Source: Planctomycetota bacterium (GTDB lineage Bacteria; Planctomycetota; UBA8108; SXIK01). From it: a stretch of DNA of 64,000 nt. Of this stretch, positions 59,887 through 64,000 are shown piece after piece (position 1 is the first letter of the stretch; every line of letters starts with the position of its first letter). The position numbers and the translations under genes are program-made. The stretch is taken from assembly GCA_965223845.1 (NCBI GenBank), contig CBDCXR010000004.1:5324295-5388294 (forward strand), given 5' to 3'. The notes below the pieces were generated by a model, which saw only the letters and a program-made list of their open reading frames with translations, did no database searches and was not told the origin of the DNA.

Positions 59887-62121
59887 ATGCTTCGATCCCC
59901 GAATCTGCGGCGAGTCTTCCGGGCGCTCGCCGCTGTGCTCGTCGCGACAGCTCCCGCGCTGGCGGCCCCCTCGAACGATCGATTCCTCGATCGCAGCCCC
60001 CTGAGCGGGCCAACCGGACGCGTTCAAGCCACGAGCGTCGACGCTACCCGAGAGCCGACCGAGCCGCTTCACTTCAACACCGGCGGGGCGTCGGTTTGGT
60101 GGACCTGGACGCCTGCGACCGACGGCGACGCGACGATCTATACCCACGGAAGCGATTACGACACCGTCCTCGCCGTCTACACCGGCTCCTCGCTCACGAA
60201 CTTGAGTCTCGTCGCCGACTCCGACGACGCCTCTCTCGCCCATACGCGGAGCGCGGTCACTTTCGCGGCGAAGAGCGGCGTCGCCTATCAAATCGCCGTG
60301 GACGGCTACGATGGGCAATCCGGCGCGATCTCGCTCACCTGGTATCAACAAACGACTCCGAACGGCCGTCCTCTCAACGACGCGTTCGGCGCTCGGATCC
60401 AACTCGACGGAGAGGAGGGCAGCGTCTTCGGCTCGACGCTTCGCGGGTCCCGCGAGCCGCGCGAACCGCTCCACGGGAACGCTCCGGGCACGGCCTCCTC
60501 GTGGTGGGAGTGGACGGCACCCGGACCCGGCGTCGCGATCTTCCACACCGGCGGCAGCAGCTTCAGCGCGAGCATCGGGGTGTACACGGGCGACGACTTC
60601 GACTCGTTCGTCGCGATCGCGGGCAACGCCATTCCCGAGCTCAACGGCTACACGTTCTTTTCCACGACGAGCGACGTGACCTACGCCGTTGCAGTCGACG
60701 GGGCGTCCGGCGAAACGGGCGTCGTCGAGCTCTCCTGGGAGTGGATTCCGAATTGTCGACCGCCGAGCGCGCCCGAGCACCCGTTTCCGCCCGATGAAAC
60801 TCTCGGCGCAGGCGCGGACGTCACGCTCGAATGGAATCGATCGGTCCCCCTCGAGCTCGACGTCATCTACGGCGCCGACGATCGCAAGGAGTACTTTCAG
60901 GTCGACGAACCCGATCTTCTCGCCGCGGCGGACGCGACGGCCGTCGTCGTCTGGAACGAATCGGTTCGCGAGAACGGCGATGGAACGGCCACCCTACTCG
61001 GCGGAACCTTCGCCGACGAGTTCGACCTCTGCCAAGACGAGCCCTTTCGCGATCAACCGGTCCCGGGATTCTGCTCGGCGTTTCTGGTCGCTCCCGATCT
61101 CGTTGCGACCGCCGGCCACTGCGTGCTCGACATCAATGAGTGCGCCGAGGTCTCGTTCGTCTTTGGCTTTCGCCTGGAGGATGCGGCGACCGTCATTCGG
61201 ACCGTGCCCGAGTCCCAGGTATACCGGTGCGCAGAGATCGTCTCGCGTGATCTCGACGACGAAAGTTCCGATTGGGCGGTGATCCGACTCGATCGACCCG
61301 TCGTCGGCATCGAGCCCTTATCCATTCGCCGAGGAGGCAAGGTGCCGAGCTCAGAACCACTCGTCCTCATCGGCCACCCGATCGGACTTCCGGTCAAGAT
61401 CGCCGCGGGTGCGAGCGTACGCGAAAACGATGATCCTCTCGTGTTCACCGCGAATCTCGACGCCTACGGAGGAAACTCGGGCTCGCCGGTTCTCAGCGCG
61501 GACTCTCTGCTCGTCGAAGGAATCCTGATCGAAGGCGAGGACGACTTCGACGACGTCGGCTGTTTCCGCTCGAAGCGCTGCGCCGACGATGAATGCTCCG
61601 GGGAAACGTCGATCCGCACAACTGCGTTCGCTCCGGTGGTTCCGAGACTGGCATCGTCCGCCGTGCACGGAGTTTTCTTCGGACGCTGCGACGAGGAGCT
61701 GACTCTCGTCGGCACGACGGCTGAAACGAAGTGGAACGCGACTGATCTCGAGCCGGACACCGCCTACTGTTGGCGGGTTTCGACGTCCAACGCCTGCGGA
61801 TCGGTCGACGGCCCCACGTGGACGTTCACCACCCGCTCCGCCGAGCCGCGGTTTCGCCGCGGCGACGCCAACGCCGACGGCGGATTCAACATCGCCGATG
61901 CGATCGGAATTCTGAACTTCCTGTTCGGCGACGGCGTCGATCTTCCCTGTCCGGACGCGGCTGATGCGACCGACGCAAACGGAGTCAATATCGCCGACGG
62001 AATCTTTATCCTGAACCACCTCTTCGGTACCGGCGGGCCGCCGTTGGCGCCGTTTGAGGAGTGCGGTGTGGATCCGACTCCCGACGAATCCTCTTGCCCG
62101 TCGTTCCCGCCCTGCGGTTAG
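59887..62121 (+). CDS. Secreted trypsin-like (S1) serine peptidase with two tandem PPC-like N-terminal repeats and a C-terminal dockerin-like domain
   Basis: The signal peptide is MLRSPNLRRVFRALAAVLVATAPALA. The His region is FLVAPDLVATAGHC and the Ser region is GGNSGSPVL. The C-terminus reads RRGDANADGGFNIADAIGILNFLF...DANGVNIADGIFILNHLF. Confidence 0.65.
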   Translation: MLRSPNLRRVFRALAAVLVATAPALAAPSNDRFLDRSPLSGPTGRVQATSVDATREPTEPLHFNTGGASVWWTWTPATDGDATIYTHGSDYDTVLAVYTGSSLTNLSLVADSDDASLAHTRSAVTFAAKSGVAYQIAVDGYDGQSGAISLTWYQQTTPNGRPLNDAFGARIQLDGEEGSVFGSTLRGSREPREPLHGNAPGTASSWWEWTAPGPGVAIFHTGGSSFSASIGVYTGDDFDSFVAIAGNAIPELNGYTFFSTTSDVTYAVAVDGASGETGVVELSWEWIPNCRPPSAPEHPFPPDETLGAGADVTLEWNRSVPLELDVIYGADDRKEYFQVDEPDLLAAADATAVVVWNESVRENGDGTATLLGGTFADEFDLCQDEPFRDQPVPGFCSAFLVAPDLVATAGHCVLDINECAEVSFVFGFRLEDAATVIRTVPESQVYRCAEIVSRDLDDESSDWAVIRLDRPVVGIEPLSIRRGGKVPSSEPLVLIGHPIGLPVKIAAGASVRENDDPLVFTANLDAYGGNSGSPVLSADSLLVEGILIEGEDDFDDVGCFRSKRCADDECSGETSIRTTAFAPVVPRLASSAVHGVFFGRCDEELTLVGTTAETKWNATDLEPDTAYCWRVSTSNACGSVDGPTWTFTTRSAEPRFRRGDANADGGFNIADAIGILNFLFGDGVDLPCPDAADATDANGVNIADGIFILNHLFGTGGPPLAPFEECGVDPTPDESSCPSFPPCG

Positions 62122-62356
62122 GAACCGGGGTAACGGAGCGAGACGGTCGCGTCTCTGAAGAAACGCGCGTTCATTCGGCGCCCGCGAGGGCACGATCGGG
62201 CCGGTGAGCGACCACGTGTTATCGGGACTGATCGGCCCCACAGCGTCACTTCGGTCGACCCGCGTGCCGATGAACGAAGCGTCGTCGAAGATCGTCCGTC
62301 CCGAAACTGAACGAGGATCTACCGTGCCTCCGACCGCCCCACCCACTCGCCCCGGC

Positions 62357-64000
62357 ATGGGCGCGATTCCCGGTCCCGACAGCACGACGTTTCGCGTCTG
62401 GGCGCCGCACGGCCGCGGAGTCGCGGTCGCGGGAGACTTCAACGAGTGGTCACACACGACGCACTCCCTCCGTCCCGAGGGGAACGGCTACTGGGCGGGC
62501 GACGTCGCCGGGATGCTCGTCGGCAACCGCTACAAGTACGTGGTCGGAACGCACGATGGCCACCACCTCCGGACGGACCCCTACGCGCGCTCCGTGCGCC
62601 ACTCGAACGGCGCGAGCGTCGTCGACGACGGAAAGTACAACTGGGGCGATCACGCTTTCTACATGCCGCCGTGGAACGAGCTCGTCCTCTATGAGATCCA
62701 CATCGGGACGTTCAACGACGAACCGGGAGGCTCGCCCGGCGATCTCCACCGCGCGATCGAGCGACTCGGGCACGTAGCCGATCTCGGCGCGAACGCCGTG
62801 CAACTGATGCCCCCCACCGAGTTCGCCGGTGGATTCTCCTGGGGCTACAATCCCGCCCACCTCTTCGCGATCGAGACCGACTACGGCGGCCCCCGGGCGT
62901 TCAAGGACTTCGTCCGTGAAGCGCACCGCCTCGGTCTCGCGGTGATTTTCGACGGCGTCTACAACCACTTCGGCCCTTCCGATCTCGATCTCTGGCGGTT
63001 CGACGGCTGGCACGAGGGCGAGGGCGGAGGAATCTATTTCTACAACGATTGGCGCGCTCGTACGCCTTGGGGCAACTCTCGTCCGGACTACGGCCGACCG
63101 GAGGTCCGCCAGTTCATCCGTGACAACGTGCTCATGTGGCTCGAGGAGTATCGACTCGACGGCATTCGCTGGGACGCGACCGCCTACATCCGTGACGCGC
63201 ACGGTCACAACGGCGACTCCGGGAGCGGCCTGGCCGACGGGTGGAATCTCCTGCGGTGGGTGAACGACGAGATCAACGCGCGCCAGCCGTGGAAGATCAG
63301 CATCGCGGAAGATCTTCGCGACAACGCGTGGGTCACGCGTGAGTCGCCTCGAGGCGGCGCCGGATTCGACGCACAGTGGTGCGCGAGCTTCGTTCATCCG
63401 GTGCGCGACGCAGTGATCACTCCGGACGACGCTCATCGCAACATGGCTTCCGTTCGCGAAGCCATCGAGCACCGTTACAACGCCGACGCCTTCGAGCGTG
63501 TCATCTACACCGAATCGCACGACGAAGTCGCCAACGGGAAGGCGCGCGTTCCCGAGGAAGTCTGGCCGGGGCACGCGAGCGGATGGCACGCGAAGAAGCG
63601 CTCCTCGCTCGGCGCTGCGATCGTCATGACCTCACCGGGAATCCCGATGATCTTTCAGGGTCAAGAGTTTCTCGAGGACGAGTGGTTCCGCGACCACGAC
63701 CCCATCGACTGGTCGAAGCGGGAGCGCTTCGCGGGAATCGTCCGCCTCTACCGCGACCTCATTCGACTCCGGCGCAACTGGTTCGACACGACGCGCGGGC
63801 TAAAGGGTCAACACGTTCGAGTTCACCACGTGAACGATCGAGACAAGGTGATCGCGTTTGAGCGCTGGGATCGGGGTGGACCGCGCGACAGCGTCGTCGT
63901 CCTCGCGAACTTCTCCCATCGGCCGTTCTCTGCCTACCGCGTCGGCTTCCCGCGCGCCGGCGAATGGAAGGTGCGACTCAACAGCGATTGGCGCGGCTAC
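62357..64000 (+). CDS. GH13 alpha-amylase-family glycoside hydrolase (TreZ/branching-enzyme-like), 3' partial. It runs off the window end.
   Basis: The frame is open from ATG 62357 to the window end. The GH13 conserved regions are DGVYNH, GIRWDATAYI and YTESHDE. It is missing from the ORF track because it has no stop in the window. Confidence 0.75.
   Translation, partial: MGAIPGPDSTTFRVWAPHGRGVAVAGDFNEWSHTTHSLRPEGNGYWAGDVAGMLVGNRYKYVVGTHDGHHLRTDPYARSVRHSNGASVVDDGKYNWGDHAFYMPPWNELVLYEIHIGTFNDEPGGSPGDLHRAIERLGHVADLGANAVQLMPPTEFAGGFSWGYNPAHLFAIETDYGGPRAFKDFVREAHRLGLAVIFDGVYNHFGPSDLDLWRFDGWHEGEGGGIYFYNDWRARTPWGNSRPDYGRPEVRQFIRDNVLMWLEEYRLDGIRWDATAYIRDAHGHNGDSGSGLADGWNLLRWVNDEINARQPWKISIAEDLRDNAWVTRESPRGGAGFDAQWCASFVHPVRDAVITPDDAHRNMASVREAIEHRYNADAFERVIYTESHDEVANGKARVPEEVWPGHASGWHAKKRSSLGAAIVMTSPGIPMIFQGQEFLEDEWFRDHDPIDWSKRERFAGIVRLYRDLIRLRRNWFDTTRGLKGQHVRVHHVNDRDKVIAFERWDRGGPRDSVVVLANFSHRPFSAYRVGFPRAGEWKVRLNSDWRGY

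Noticed and set aside
62450-63589. 379-aa minus-strand ORF
   Set aside because: It is antisense to the GH13 gene, which has clear conserved GH13 regions. It is a GC-bias artefact.

Overview
This is a high-GC window (about 68% GC) with dense coding on both strands. The gene content looks Planctomycetota/PVC-like: a DUF1592/DUF1552 pair, a PVC-type heme-binding giant protein, dockerin-like C-terminal domains, and a Hanks-type kinase with a malectin domain. I can support about 40 protein-coding genes and no rRNA, tRNA, CRISPR arrays or transposases.

Genes I recognise, in order:
- A 5'-truncated DUF1592/DUF1585 heme-motif protein and its DUF1552 partner.
- A TetR regulator with two identical palindromic operators, controlling a DsrE-like plus pyridoxamine-5'-phosphate-oxidase-like pair.
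- A possible nonulosonic-acid/glycan modification cluster: cytidylyltransferase, two SAM-dependent methyltransferases, an FAD oxidoreductase and an unknown protein.
- A TrmH-family RNA methyltransferase, an endonuclease/exonuclease/phosphatase (EEP) family protein, a nitroreductase and an HD-domain hydrolase.
- A 1333-aa secreted beta-propeller/DUF11/dockerin-like protein.
- A membrane-anchored C39-like peptidase, a PLC-like phosphodiesterase and a GNAT acetyltransferase.
- Galactose-related genes: galM, an exported galactonate-dehydratase-like enolase, and a GH2 hydrolase.
- ilvD, a D-2-hydroxyacid dehydrogenase and an MBL-fold hydrolase.

The most unusual region follows. A purine-rich, hairpin-dense non-coding tract of about 1 kb, with an embedded AT-rich inverted-repeat island, precedes a tightly spaced same-strand module. 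The module is a YqiJ/NfeD-like membrane protein, an SPFH/flotillin (YqiK-like) protein, and a 1742-aa protein. That giant protein has a long coiled-coil region and a C-terminal MoxR/AAA_5-class ATPase domain. Two tandem paralogous YfhO-family (GT-C-like) membrane proteins follow on the same strand. This flotillin-NfeD-giant-ATPase arrangement is my candidate for an undescribed system.

The rest of the window holds:
- The PVC-type heme-binding giant.
- A Ser/Thr kinase with a malectin domain.
- An S2P protease, an EVE-domain protein, class II fructose-bisphosphate aldolase and a rhomboid protease.
- An OmpR/histidine-kinase two-component pair.
- ggt.
- A secreted S1 peptidase carrying the same dockerin-like tail.
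- A 3'-truncated GH13 hydrolase.

The six-frame track also contains many long antisense or out-of-frame ORFs. I reject these as high-GC artefacts.
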